A stretch of DNA of 59,761 nucleotides, the filler included, from Nemertoderma westbladi (Eukaryota; Animalia; Xenacoelomorpha), in assembly GCA_032718475.1 (NCBI GenBank). It is 3 parts of 3 records of this genome, joined end to end, with 100 filler letters (N's around TTAATTAATTAA, not from the genome) between each part and the next. Parts side by side here need not be neighbours in the genome. Positions count along the whole stretch, not along the records: positions 1 to 20,596 come from JAUCBJ010001722.1; positions 20,697 to 47,255 come from JAUCBJ010001169.1; 1 more part is not named here. The stretch is one strand, 5' to 3'. Positions 11,501 to 21,602 of this stretch are shown here, piece after piece. Under the pieces are notes generated by a model. It was not told where the DNA came from and did not search any database. It saw nothing but the letters and a program-made list of their open reading frames with translations. A program made the position numbers and the translations under genes. Each line of letters opens with the position of its first letter. Position 1 is the stretch's first letter.

Positions 11501-13432
11501 GCGATATTTTGTGTTTACCAATACTATAGGTGGAGCTTCGCAAATGTCGCGATCTTCGCGATATTTTGTGTTTACCAATACTATAGGTGGAGCTTCGCAA
11601 ACGTCGCGATCTTCGCTATATTTTGTGTTTACCAATACATATAGGTGGAGCTTCGCAAGCATCGCGATCTTCGCGATATTTTGTGTTTACCAATACTATA
11701 GGTGGAGCTTCGCAAATGTCGTGATCTTCGCGATATTTTGTGTTTACCAATACAATAGGTGGAGCTTCGCAAACGTCGCGATCTTCGCGATATTTTGTGT
11801 TTACCAATACAATAGGTGGAGCTTCGCAAACGTCGCGATCTTCGCGATATTTTGTGTTTACCAATACAATAGGTGGAGCTTCGCAAACGTCGCGATCTTC
11901 GCAATATTTTGTGTTTACCAATACAATAGGTGGAGCTTCGCAAACGTCGCGATCTTCGCGATATTTTGTGTTTACCAATACAATAGGTGGAGCTTCGCAA
12001 ACGTCGCGATCTTCGCGATATTTTGTGTTTACCAATACAATAGGTGGAGCTTCGCAAACGTCGCGATCTTCGTGATATTTTGTGTTTACCAATACAATAG
12101 GTGGAGCTTCGCAAACGTCGCGATCTTCGCGATATTTTGTGTTTACCAATACTATAGGTGGAGCTTCGCAAACGTCGCGATCTTCGCGATATTTTGTGTT
12201 TACCAATACTATAGGTGGAGCTTCGCAAACGTCGCGATCTTCGCGATATTTTGTGTTTACCAATACTATAGGTGGAGCTTCGCAAACGTCGCGATCTTCG
12301 CGATATTTTGTGTTTACCAATACAATAGGTGGAGCTTCGCAAACGTCGCGATCTTCGTGATATTTTGTGTTTACCAATACTATAGGTGGAGCTTCGCAAA
12401 CGTTGCGATCTTCGCGATATTTTGTGTTTACCAATACTATAGGTGGAGCTTCGCAAACGTCGCGATCTTCGCGATATTTTGTGTTTACCAATACTATAGG
12501 TGGAGCTTCGCGAACGTCGCGATCTTCGTGATATTTTGTGTTTACCAATGCTATAGGTGGAGCTTCAGAAACGTCGCTATCTTCGCGATATTTTGTGTTT
12601 ACCAATACTATAAGGTGGAGCTTCGGAATTGTCACGATCTTCGCGATATTTTGTGTTTATATATACTATAGGTGGAGCTTCACAAACGTCGCAATATTTT
12701 GTGTTTACCAATAGTATAGGTGGAGCTTCACAAATGTAGCGATATTTTGTGTTTACCAATACTATAGGTGGAGCTTCAAAAACGTCGCAATATTTTGTGT
12801 TTACCAATACTATAGGTGGAGCTTCACAAACGTCGCAATCTTTGTGATATTTTGTGTTTACCAATACTATAGATGGAGCTTTGCAAACGTCGCGATCTTC
12901 GTGATATTTTGTGTTTACCAATACTATAAGGTGGAGCTTCGGAATTGTCACGATCTTCGCGATATTTTGTGTTTATATATACTATAGGTGGAGCTTCACA
13001 AACGTCGCAATATTTTGTGTTTACCAATAGTATAGGTGGAGCTTCACAAATGTAGCGATATTTTGTGTTTACCAATACTATAGGTGGAGCTTCACAAACG
13101 TCGCAATATTTTGTGTTTACCAATACTATAGGTGGAGCTTCACAAACGTCGCGATATTTTGTGTTTACCATTACTATAGGTGGAGCTTCACAAACGTCGC
13201 AATATTTTGTGTTTACCAATACTATAGGTGGAGCTTCACAAATGTCGCTATCTTTGTGATATTTTGTTTTTACCAATACTATAGGTGGAGCTTCGCAAAT
13301 GTCGCGATCTTCGCGATATTTTGTGTTTACCAATACTGTAGATGGAGCTTCTCAAACGTCACAATCTTCGCGATATTTTTGGTTTACCAATACTATAGGT
13401 GGAGCTTTGCAAACGTCGTTATCTTTGCGAAT
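5548..13432. repeat. 57-bp CpG-rich tandem satellite (with 48-bp deletion variants), about 140 units
   Basis: Consensus ATATTTTGTGTTTACCAATACTATAGGTGGAGCTTCGCAAACGTCGCGATCTTCGCG. The 19-aa periodicity in the ORF track reflects the 57-bp unit. Confidence 0.97.
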
Positions 13433-13483
13433 GTTCTAGAATATTTTTGAAAAGTAAGAAAATCGATAACTAACAAATATTTT

Positions 13484-13759
13484 TTATTCGGTAATATTAA
13501 TAATAATAATGACAGTTATTTAGGGGTCTGGCTGGTTAAAAAACGATAAGGTTTTACAGTAAAACGTTATCGGCCTCCTGGCCTGCATCAGTACTATTAT
13601 GTAGGAAAAAAACAAAAAACTAAAAAACCTTCACCGGATTAACTGACAAAGACCGTGACTGTGTGACATCTGTGTAAACAACTGTGTAAAATCTTAGCGT
13701 ATTTTAACCAGCCAGACCCCTAAATAACTGTCGTTATTATTATTAATATTACCGAATAA
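13484..13759. mobile_element. MITE-like element with ~58-bp terminal inverted repeats
   Basis: TTATTCGGTAATATTAATAATAATAATGACAGTTATTTAGGGGTCTGGCTGGTTAAAA at the left is mirrored almost perfectly at about 13702-13759. Confidence 0.7.
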
Positions 13760-13875
13760 TGAACCCTCTGGTTTCGGCCATACAGTTTATTATTGAACTA
13801 AATATTTTTTATAACTGTTCTAGAACAATGTATATTAGTTCTAGAGCAAAAAGTATTTTTAAATAAATCTGTAAT

Positions 13876-13943
13876 CCTAACCCGAACTCTATCCCTATCA
13901 CTAACCATAAACACAACCCCAACCCTAACACTAACACCCTAAC
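13876..13943. repeat. degenerate interstitial (CCCTAA)n telomere-like tract
   Basis: CCTAACCC, CCCTAT, CCCCAACCCTAACACTAACACCCTAAC directly abutting LTR copy B. Confidence 0.55.
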
Positions 13944-14480
13944 TGTGACGGGATCCAGGGAGGATCCCGGTTTATCCGTTTGTTAATTTACGCGTCCCCG
14001 CCGTGTGTGAAGAGTGAATGAGTTGAACATGTGTGAGTTTGTCGCGTATAATATTCAGGTAAAAGATATAGATATAGATATATGATGTCGTACACAGAAG
14101 GCGGGAAACGGTAATTAAAGTCCCGGTCCTTCCCTAGCTAAACTAACTAACCTAACTAGCACCAATATGATACTGAGATAACTGAAGTGAAATGATTACT
14201 GCCAACTGGCTATATTGCACGGGTTGGCCTTGTTACTCTACCTAATCGATGCCTTTCCCCCCTCTGATTGGTTGATACCCTTGTTGGCGCCCTTTGGAGT
14301 GTTCCCGTTCACTCCACCTGTTCTCTCTGGGTTAGGGGTTTGGCCCCTGACCCTCATTGTGTGTTTCTCCTTCCCATTTTGTTGGGGTGACACGAGTGAT
14401 TGATTACCCAATCTCGTGGCCCCCAATATTGCTTATCGGCTTAACTTTATGGGGTGTTAGCGGGATTGAATAAGCTAACA
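13944..14480 (-). repeat. LTR (537 bp), copy B
   Basis: Same TGTGACGGG...GCTAACA ends on + as 1420-1941. Long conserved blocks, with a diverged segment at about 14010-14200. Confidence 0.85.
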
Positions 14481-15190
14481 CTCCCCCCCATGCTATCTTC
14501 CCGGTGAGAAGATAGCATCCACCTCTAAGTGCGCTACAATCTCGCTGGATCCCGATCTAGTATCGGGTGCGGGGTGGAATTCTTTTCTCTCGGAGCCGGC
14601 TTTCCAGGCCGCTCCCTATGGGTATGATAACGCTACCCTGTATGCCTGGCGTCCCATGTCGGGCCGATCGCGCTCACCTCTCACGCGACTTTTGTTTCCC
14701 CAACACTTTCGCCCTATCTCTTCTCCACTCTCACCCTAACTCTCGCATACCCTCGGACCTCCTCGTCCCTCACTCAGCCTCTTATTCTCCCCCCCCACAC
14801 TAGAATTGCGTCCGCACTCTCTTCGCACTTCGCACTATTACTCCGTCTCTCTTTGGCTACCTCATGCCTTCTGACGAGTCTCCCCCCCCCCCCCCTCTTG
14901 TGCCATCGCACTCAAGAAGTGTGAAATCGTCTGGTGTCTCGTCCATGGTGCCATAGTCAGTTATCCCCCCAGTCCCAGTAGCTAATTAAGAAAGGTTATA
15001 TGACTATAGTACTTACTCCGAACGTATATTTTATTGCTAAACTACTGATCACTACGTACGTACATATAATTGCACTTATTTAATTATTTTGCATCAGCTT
15101 AGTTTGTACTTAATAGTTCGTACGTCCCACGCGGCGCCTTCCAGGCGTACCACGTCCAAGTCTCAGTTTCTCTCCCCCGGCCCTGGGAAC

Positions 15191-16738
15191 CTATCTGTTC
15201 CTCTGGAGATAGTTCCCTCTGGCGTCCTCTTCCCTGGGTCGTTTCTTGGTTACTACCGCTCCTCTGGGATCCGCTTTCTGCTTTCGGACTTTCGCCGCCA
15301 CCTCCCTACTGATCCCGGTTGTTGGCTCCTTGGGCGCTGGTGTTATTAGTGCCCGATATCGCTTCGCCGGTGGCCCCTCAGAGTGGCCCTGTTGTCTCCC
15401 TCTGGTGGCGTCCCATAGGATCATTTTCATTGCTCGCGGCACGTGCTCCGCCAAGAAATCCCTAAACTCCCCTCGGTTCTGTGGCGTCCACCTGTCCAAA
15501 TATCTTTGTGTATTCATCACTCCGGCATACGACGCCGCCGTTGCTACCTCTTGATAGGTAAACGGTAGCCTCCGCTTTATGATTTCCATGTGAGCCTCCT
15601 GATTGATAAGGAAGAAACCCCACTTGAACTCCTGGGCCTTCATGCGCTGGCGCGTCATGGCCCCGACGTCGGCCCACTCCTCGAATCTTCTGAACTTCTC
15701 TTCGTCGTCCATCCAGTCGCACTGGCGTCCGTAGTGTCCCCGAAAGTTGCACTTCGGACATCGGTTATGCAACCGTGGACACGCCCCCATCCTGTGGCTC
15801 GACTCGCGGCAGTAGAGACAGAAGGTTCCCTTTTGGAACCGGTACAAGCAGCTCCTTTCCTGGTGGGTCTGTCTCCCACAGTAGTCGCAACCGAGTACCA
15901 ATGTCTCCCGCCCCACGTCGTCTTTCGTCCCAAGCGATCTCCGCGGTCTGTGGAGTCGCTGGTAGGCGAACTTCTCCACGTTGGTGTCCCTGTCTACGTC
16001 GATCTCTCCGCCCCTCTCGGGCATCGTCTCCCCGAATACTACCCGTGGTGCCGTCCCCGGTTGCTCGCCCAACCTGATAGTGCTCCCCGCGAAATCCATC
16101 GCCGGCTCCTCGTGCACCCAGGTCCGCTTGCCGGATCTGTTCCAGAAGGCCCTCGCCCCACTGGCCGTCACCACCCTCCCGCCAACCCAGTCCGTGTCCG
16201 AGTGGCCAATCCTCTCGATGGGCGGCACCCCTCCGAACTCGTCGTCGTCCTCCTCCTCCTCTGGCAGTGGCTCCAACCCCGGTATCCCGATGGATCCACT
16301 ATGTCCCTTCCCGCCTTGGCTCTCGCCCGTAGCTCTCCATCCCTCTAGCTCCCTTAACTTCCTTGGCGGTTGGTCGCCTTCAGCGCCCGCTGGTATGGGC
16401 ATCTCTTGCAACCCCGACGTCGACTGTTTCGGCGATCCCACCGTCCATCCCAATTCTCGCCCTAGAGACTCCCCCGAACTCCCTGATGAAGTCCAATGAA
16501 GTTCGTCTAAGCCTGCCTGTTCCTCGAAGCCGTAACTCTGCGTCCTGGCCTCCTCTTCCCTCTCCTCTGCTTCTATCCTCTCCCGTCTAGCGACTTCTTC
16601 CAGTCGCTTTGCTTCTCGCCTATCCGTCTCTAGCTGCTCCCATCTCTGATATGGCGTATCTGTCTCCCCGTCTACCAGATGTCGGCTGTTGTAGTACACC
16701 GACTCGCCCTTCAGCCCCGGGTGGTCTACCAGACCGTC
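15191..16738 (-). CDS. 5'-interrupted retroelement protein with three CX2CX4HX4C zinc knuckles
   Basis: Knuckles CDYCGRQTHQERSC, CLYCRESSHRMGAC and CPKCNFRGHYGRQC, an acidic/coiled-coil N-terminal part and basic NLS-like motifs (PPAKRYR, KKRPR). The frame stays open upstream of the tracked start (DGLVDHPGLKGESV) up to the insertion site. Confidence 0.7.
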   Translation of the reverse strand, partial: DGLVDHPGLKGESVYYNSRHLVDGETDTPYQRWEQLETDRREAKRLEEVARRERIEAEEREEEARTQSYGFEEQAGLDELHWTSSGSSGESLGRELGWTVGSPKQSTSGLQEMPIPAGAEGDQPPRKLRELEGWRATGESQGGKGHSGSIGIPGLEPLPEEEEDDDEFGGVPPIERIGHSDTDWVGGRVVTASGARAFWNRSGKRTWVHEEPAMDFAGSTIRLGEQPGTAPRVVFGETMPERGGEIDVDRDTNVEKFAYQRLHRPRRSLGTKDDVGRETLVLGCDYCGRQTHQERSCLYRFQKGTFCLYCRESSHRMGACPRLHNRCPKCNFRGHYGRQCDWMDDEEKFRRFEEWADVGAMTRQRMKAQEFKWGFFLINQEAHMEIIKRRLPFTYQEVATAASYAGVMNTQRYLDRWTPQNRGEFRDFLAEHVPRAMKMILWDATRGRQQGHSEGPPAKRYRALITPAPKEPTTGISREVAAKVRKQKADPRGAVVTKKRPREEDARGNYLQRNR

Positions 16739-16907
16739 TGTAACGTAGTGAATTAGTTGTTGTGAATTACTTTAGCCTTATTTGTGTATGGAGGGAGATT
16801 TGATTTGAGATTATTGTTCTTTAGTTGAATATAATGCGGAATGTAGGAATGTGAGAAAGACAGACTTTTAGATACCCTACTTCAGTACCGTACCTGTTAT
16901 CTTAACA
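16739..16907 (+). repeat. 5' LTR (169 bp) of the Gypsy element
   Basis: TGTAAC...TTAACA, followed after 1 nt by TGGCGCAGTG. Composition changes sharply at 16739. Confidence 0.8.
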
Positions 16908-16908
16908 T

Positions 16909-16918
16909 TGGCGCAGTG
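16909..16918 (+). promoter_or_regulatory. primer binding site, tRNA-Ser-like
   Basis: TGGCGCAGT directly after the LTR CA end, matching the tRNA-Ser-type PBS known from several Gypsy elements. Confidence 0.7.
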
Positions 16919-16938
16919 TGTAAATATAACAGTTTATA

Positions 16939-17655
16939 ATGTCGCCGGGTAGTTTACCATATCTTAGTGTGGATTCCATATCATTTAACGCGTGGAAGAG
17001 ACAATTAGACGCCTACTATGCTCATAAAAATATTGATTCCAAGGATGGTGAAACTAAACTAACATGGCTTCCACAATTTGTATCCGAAGATTTGCTTATC
17101 ACTATGGAGTACAAACTCGTTGATAAACGTTCCACTTTTGAAACTGTAATCGAAGCACTGGAAAAGGAATGGTATAAGTGCAAGAAACCGGTATCGCCCA
17201 GTGTTGATTTCTCGAAGTTTAAATTAGAGAAACCCTCTGAAGTCCAGAAAGGTTTAATTACATTGAAATTTTTATCGTACTATCTTTCGCTCGGCGACGA
17301 CGCGGTTGTTCAGCGTTTAGTTGACAGCGTACCGACGAGTATTAAAGCCACAGTTTTCGCATGGAGGGCGACTAATCCAAAGGCAACTTCGCGCGATGTT
17401 GCCGAGTTCATCCAACAACTTCCGGATCCCGAGGAAACTTCCGTGTTTGCAGCAGGAATTACCGGTCGAAGGAACTTTTCAACCGATAGGAGTGAATCAA
17501 GAATGAAACTCAAATGTTCAACATGCAATAAAGTTGGGCATACTGTTGAACGCTGTTGGAAGGATTTAACTTGCTACACATGTGGGCAACGTGGGCATAT
17601 TTCTCGATACTGTATGAAGTCAAAAAACTTGTCGGGGCTGTCAGGGACGAACTAA
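16939..17655 (+). CDS. gag: Gypsy Gag (two CCHC knuckles)
   Basis: 238 aa with CSTCNKVGHTVERC and CYTCGQRGHISRYC; starts about 30 nt after the LTR end. Confidence 0.92.
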   Translation: MSPGSLPYLSVDSISFNAWKRQLDAYYAHKNIDSKDGETKLTWLPQFVSEDLLITMEYKLVDKRSTFETVIEALEKEWYKCKKPVSPSVDFSKFKLEKPSEVQKGLITLKFLSYYLSLGDDAVVQRLVDSVPTSIKATVFAWRATNPKATSRDVAEFIQQLPDPEETSVFAAGITGRRNFSTDRSESRMKLKCSTCNKVGHTVERCWKDLTCYTCGQRGHISRYCMKSKNLSGLSGTN

Positions 17656-17681
17656 CGCAGTCCAGTAGTTCCCTGACAGCC
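17622..17681 (+). promoter_or_regulatory. -1 programmed ribosomal frameshift signal
   Basis: A AAA AAC in the gag frame (17622-17628), a 7-nt spacer, then a perfect 12-bp stem GGCTGTCAGGGA/TCCCTGACAGCC (17636-17647/17670-17681). pol is in the -1 frame. Confidence 0.85.
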
Positions 17682-20596
17682 AGTTCAGTTTCTGTTGAAT
17701 TTGTTAAAGGTGGTATGAGTAAACATAAAACTGCTTTAATTGACTCAGGTTCAGAAATTAGTTTAATTCCGAATGATGACCAATTGTTATCATTTGCAAC
17801 AGAAACTCGCTGTGGAGATAGAACACTTAGGGCATTGGTTGGAAATCCATTTCAAATATTAGGATATGCAATGCTGGAATTTAAACTTGGTGGGAAACTT
17901 TGTAATCACTGGTTCGGTATTATTGATTCAAATCGTTTCGGTGTTACTATTGGCAGAGATATATTGTATAAATGTGGAGCAATTATCGACTTTGGGTTAT
18001 CCCGAATTAGTTTACCTGCAGAAACTGCTTCAATTAAAAAGGAACTTTCGAAAGAAGACTTTTTATCTCAGTTCAGCCTACCGGCTCATTGGAATGAGAA
18101 TGAAAGACGTAGACTTTCACAATTACTGTGGAAATACTCTGATGCCTTTAGTAATTCTCCAGAAGATATAGGATGTTATAAACATGCCGAACTTAATTTT
18201 GAGACTAGAGATCATACTCCGATATTTCAACGTGCTTATAGGCGGAGTGCAGTTGAGGAGAAAGAAATCATGGAACATGTCACAACAATGTTGGATATGA
18301 AAGTGATAGAGCCTAGTAAATCACCATGGGCTTTCCCAGCCCTGTTGGCTCCTAAGCCAGGAGGAAAAAAGAGATTTTGTGTGAACTATTCAAAACTTAA
18401 TGAACTCATTGACCATGACCAATATCCTTTACCACGCATAGCGGATATAATCGACCAATTATCAGGTTGTCCAGTTGTTAGTACATTGGATTTACAATCA
18501 GCCTATTGGCAAATTAAGATCAATCCTGAAGTTCGCCCCAAAACTGCCTTTCAAGCAGGAAATGGATTTTACCAATTTACAAGAGCACCATATGGCATTC
18601 ACCTCTGTCCTCCATTGTTTCAAAGAGAGATACGTCAAACTGTTAGAAAAACAGATGAATACCTACCAGAAAGTTCAAGGAAATTACCTGATCCATATTT
18701 AGACGATATTGTAGTTCCATCAACTAATGTTCCTGAACATATTGATATGCTGGAAAATATTTTCTCGAGATTAATCGAAGATGGATGGAAACTAAACCCA
18801 AGAAAATGTTCGTTTGGAAAACAATCAATAAAAATATTTGGATTTATATTTGAAAATGGCCTAATGAAGACGGATCCGGAGAAGATTCAGGGTATTCTGA
18901 ATTATAACGAACCTAAAACACCAAAACAATTACAGACGTTCACTGGTATGTGCGGTTACTATTCACAATTTATTCATAATTATGCAACTATTGTGGCACC
19001 ACTCTATACAGCTCAAACTTTACCATCAAATAAGTTTAAATTTAATGATGAATGCAAACGAGGATTTTCCCATTTGAAAGCATGTTTAAAGGATGAAAAC
19101 ATGGTATTGCGTTTGCCAGACTTTGAGGCCCCATTTGTCTTAGAAATAGATGCAAGTTCAGTGGGGATTGGAGCTGTATTATGTCAACCAATAATTGATG
19201 AAAGACCCATAGCGTATGCTTCTCATAAACTGACTCCAACAGAAAAAAGATACTCCACAACAGATAGGGAATTTTTGGCTTTGAAATGGGCCGTGCATAA
19301 ATTTCATACGTACCTGCATGGAAGACCATTTAAAGTAATAACTGATCACAAGCCCTTAATAGCTCTTGTATTTAGGGGGAGTAATTGTTATAGTGACAGA
19401 CAAGCACGTTGGAGGGAAACTCTAAGCCGATATGATTTTGAAATTATATATCGGAAGGGTGAAGATAATACTGTAGCTGATGCACTTAGCCGCTCGTATT
19501 TTGATCTCAATTTAAATGCAACAGCCCCCGAATATATCCCATCAGATAAAGCTCAATGTGCAGCAATTAGCATTTGTCTGAATTCCAATTGGGTCAAAAG
19601 ACAATCTGAAGATAAAGATATTAAAACTTTGATAGATTCCAAACAAATACCTCCAAATTATACTATTACAGATGGTATTTTATATTATTTTGGACGAGTA
19701 GTAATTCCAGAAAATGAGATTAATAATATTATTGGTAAATATCATAGTTTAGGGCACTTTAGTGTCAAAAAGACAAGACTGAGTATCCTTACAGGTGGTT
19801 TATGGTGCAAAAATCTTTGGAAACGGGTACATTCGGCTGTTGAAAACTGCCGCACTTGTGCTTCACAAAAAGGTTATCGGCAATTTCATCCGGTAACTTT
19901 AACATTACCAACCGGACCAGCGCTATTGCCGTTTGAATTTGCCGCTATTGATATAGTGGGTCCATTACCAACACAGCGTTCGGGTTATACTCATGTACTA
20001 ACCATAATAGATCATGCAACACGATTCTTAGTTGCGACTCCTCTCATTAAAACTGATGCATCTACTGTCGCCAAAGCTTTTCTCGACAACTGGGTTTTTC
20101 ATTGGGGTCCACCGCGCGTTTTACTTTCTGATCGAGGTTCGAATTTTTTGGCGGAAATATTTAAGAATATTGTTTCTAAACATGACATTTCCAGACGAAA
20201 AACAACATCATATCATCCCCAGGGGAATGCGATTTGTGAGAGGGTGCATCGGACATTGAATGATCGCTTGAGATGTATGGGTGGACCTTGGCTCGATAAA
20301 CTTCAGGAAGCGGTGTATGACATTAATAGAACCCACAATGATGCTCTAGGATCTTCTCCATTGGAAATGGTATCGGGTAGATCTAAACAACCACCATTAA
20401 CTGATTGGCCCTCTGAGGATAAACAAGTTACAGCAAAACCCCATATAGGAGATCAGGTCTTAGTGCGAACGAGAGGAATTTGCAATAAACTGAGTCCAAG
20501 ATTTTCAAATCCAGGAGTTGTTGCAGGGAGGCCATTTGAGCAAGTAGTACTTTTAGCTGACGGTAGATCCATAAATATTCGAGATTGTAAAATTAT
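17622..20596 (+). CDS. pol: Gypsy Pol (protease, RT, RNase H, integrase)
   Basis: ALIDSGSE protease; RT motifs SPWAFP, LDLQSAYWQI and YLDD; RNase H EIDAS...DRE...TDHKPL; integrase H-H-C-C, AIDIVGPL, SDRG and PQGNAICER. Runs into the gap. Confidence 0.95.
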
Positions 20597-20696
20597 NNNN
20601 NNNNNNNNNNNNNNNNNNNNNNNNNNNNNNNNNNNNNNNNTTAATTAATTAANNNNNNNNNNNNNNNNNNNNNNNNNNNNNNNNNNNNNNNNNNNN
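20597..20696. other. artificial contig-joining spacer
   Basis: N44-TTAATTAATTAA-N44 (stop codons in all six frames); identical at 47256-47355. Confidence 0.95.
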
Positions 20697-21019
20697 TTAT
20701 GATAATCAGTTGTTTATTCCAAGAGATAGGCCTACAGTACTAAATAATATCAAGATAAGAATAATACCCGTATAAATGTCATTACACATTCATTCAAATA
20801 ATTTATAATTGGTTTCATACAGTAACACAATGCGAATTTTCATAATTAACTCCGATCGTGGTTTATCTATTATAAATTATAACTATTTTAATGATTGTAT
20901 GAACCGAGTGTATTTATGTACCGATCGAGTGTAGTGAAGGATGTTTACATAAATAAACAAGTGTATTTTTAACGACTTAACTATATTACATTGGGTTAGA
21001 TCGAGGTTCGAACGCTATA

Positions 21020-21260
21020 TAAAGGCCATGATACACCACAGGAGCGGCGAGCGGCCGCGGCACGGCGAGCGGCCGCGGCAAGCGGCCACTTTTTAAAAAT
21101 AGAACACATTATTTTCTATGGGTGATGATACACCACAAATGGCTGCTGCCGCTCGCCGCTCCTATAGTGTATCATACTAAAAGTCGCCGCTCACATCGGC
21201 CGCTCGCCGCGGCCGCCCGCCGCTGCCGCTCGCCGCTCCTGTGGTGTATCATGGCCTTTA
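21020..21260. mobile_element. GC-rich MITE (PIF/Harbinger-like ends)
   Basis: TIR AGGCCATGATACACCACAGGAGCGGCGAGCGGC mirrored at the right end, flanked by TAA/TTA. Internal GCGGC repeats and a nested partial inverted repeat. Confidence 0.8.
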
Positions 21261-21602
21261 ATCAATTTAATATTTTGGAACTTTGATAAAAATCGCATAA
21301 ATCCATGCAAACGATCTTACACTTTGCATTGGCTACAATGGCAATCACCCACGCTAGCACAATGTAGAATTATGCAAGACGTGTTCCAGAAGTCAATTGT
21401 TTCTAAGTGATCGACTACTTTGCTTATAGATATTTAACTTTATAGGTTGCAACGCTGCACAAAGTGTTAGTTAACTTTGCGACAGGAGGCTATCATATCA
21501 CCAGAGCGGCTGATAAAGTTGACATAATAAATTAATATTGTTAAGAAAGTGCATACAGTATCAATACCTTCATACATTGGGTTTATTATTTTTACGTTTG
21601 TT

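Larger units (their letters stand above)
13944..16738 (-). mobile_element. LTR retrotransposon, copy B (3' part: CCHC ORF, 3' UTR, PPT, 3' LTR), interrupted by a Gypsy insertion
   Basis: LTR 13944-14480, PPT 14481-14489 and 3' UTR homologous to copy A. The ORF is open up to the Gypsy LTR at 16739. Confidence 0.8.
16739..20596 (+). mobile_element. Ty3/Gypsy LTR retrotransposon (short LTR, double-CCHC gag; Mag-like), 3' end lost in the gap
   Basis: 5' LTR, PBS, gag, then PR-RT-RH-IN order with no in-frame stops. Confidence 0.95.

Noticed and set aside
5446-13450. Long ORFs (up to 835 aa) on both strands of the 57-bp array
   Set aside because: The unit length is a multiple of 3 with stop-free frames. 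1-nt insertions (about 10408, 11038, 11638) switch frames freely, and there is no unique N- or C-terminal domain.
1420-14480. LTR A and LTR B as the paired LTRs of a single 13-kb element
   Set aside because: Both carry a PPT and 3' UTR on the same side, they are substantially diverged, and the interval is satellite DNA.
17556-17621. Tracked N-terminus of the pol ORF
   Set aside because: Non-ATG start overlapping gag; pol is better explained by the -1 frameshift at 17622-17628. The X-containing tail is gap sequence.
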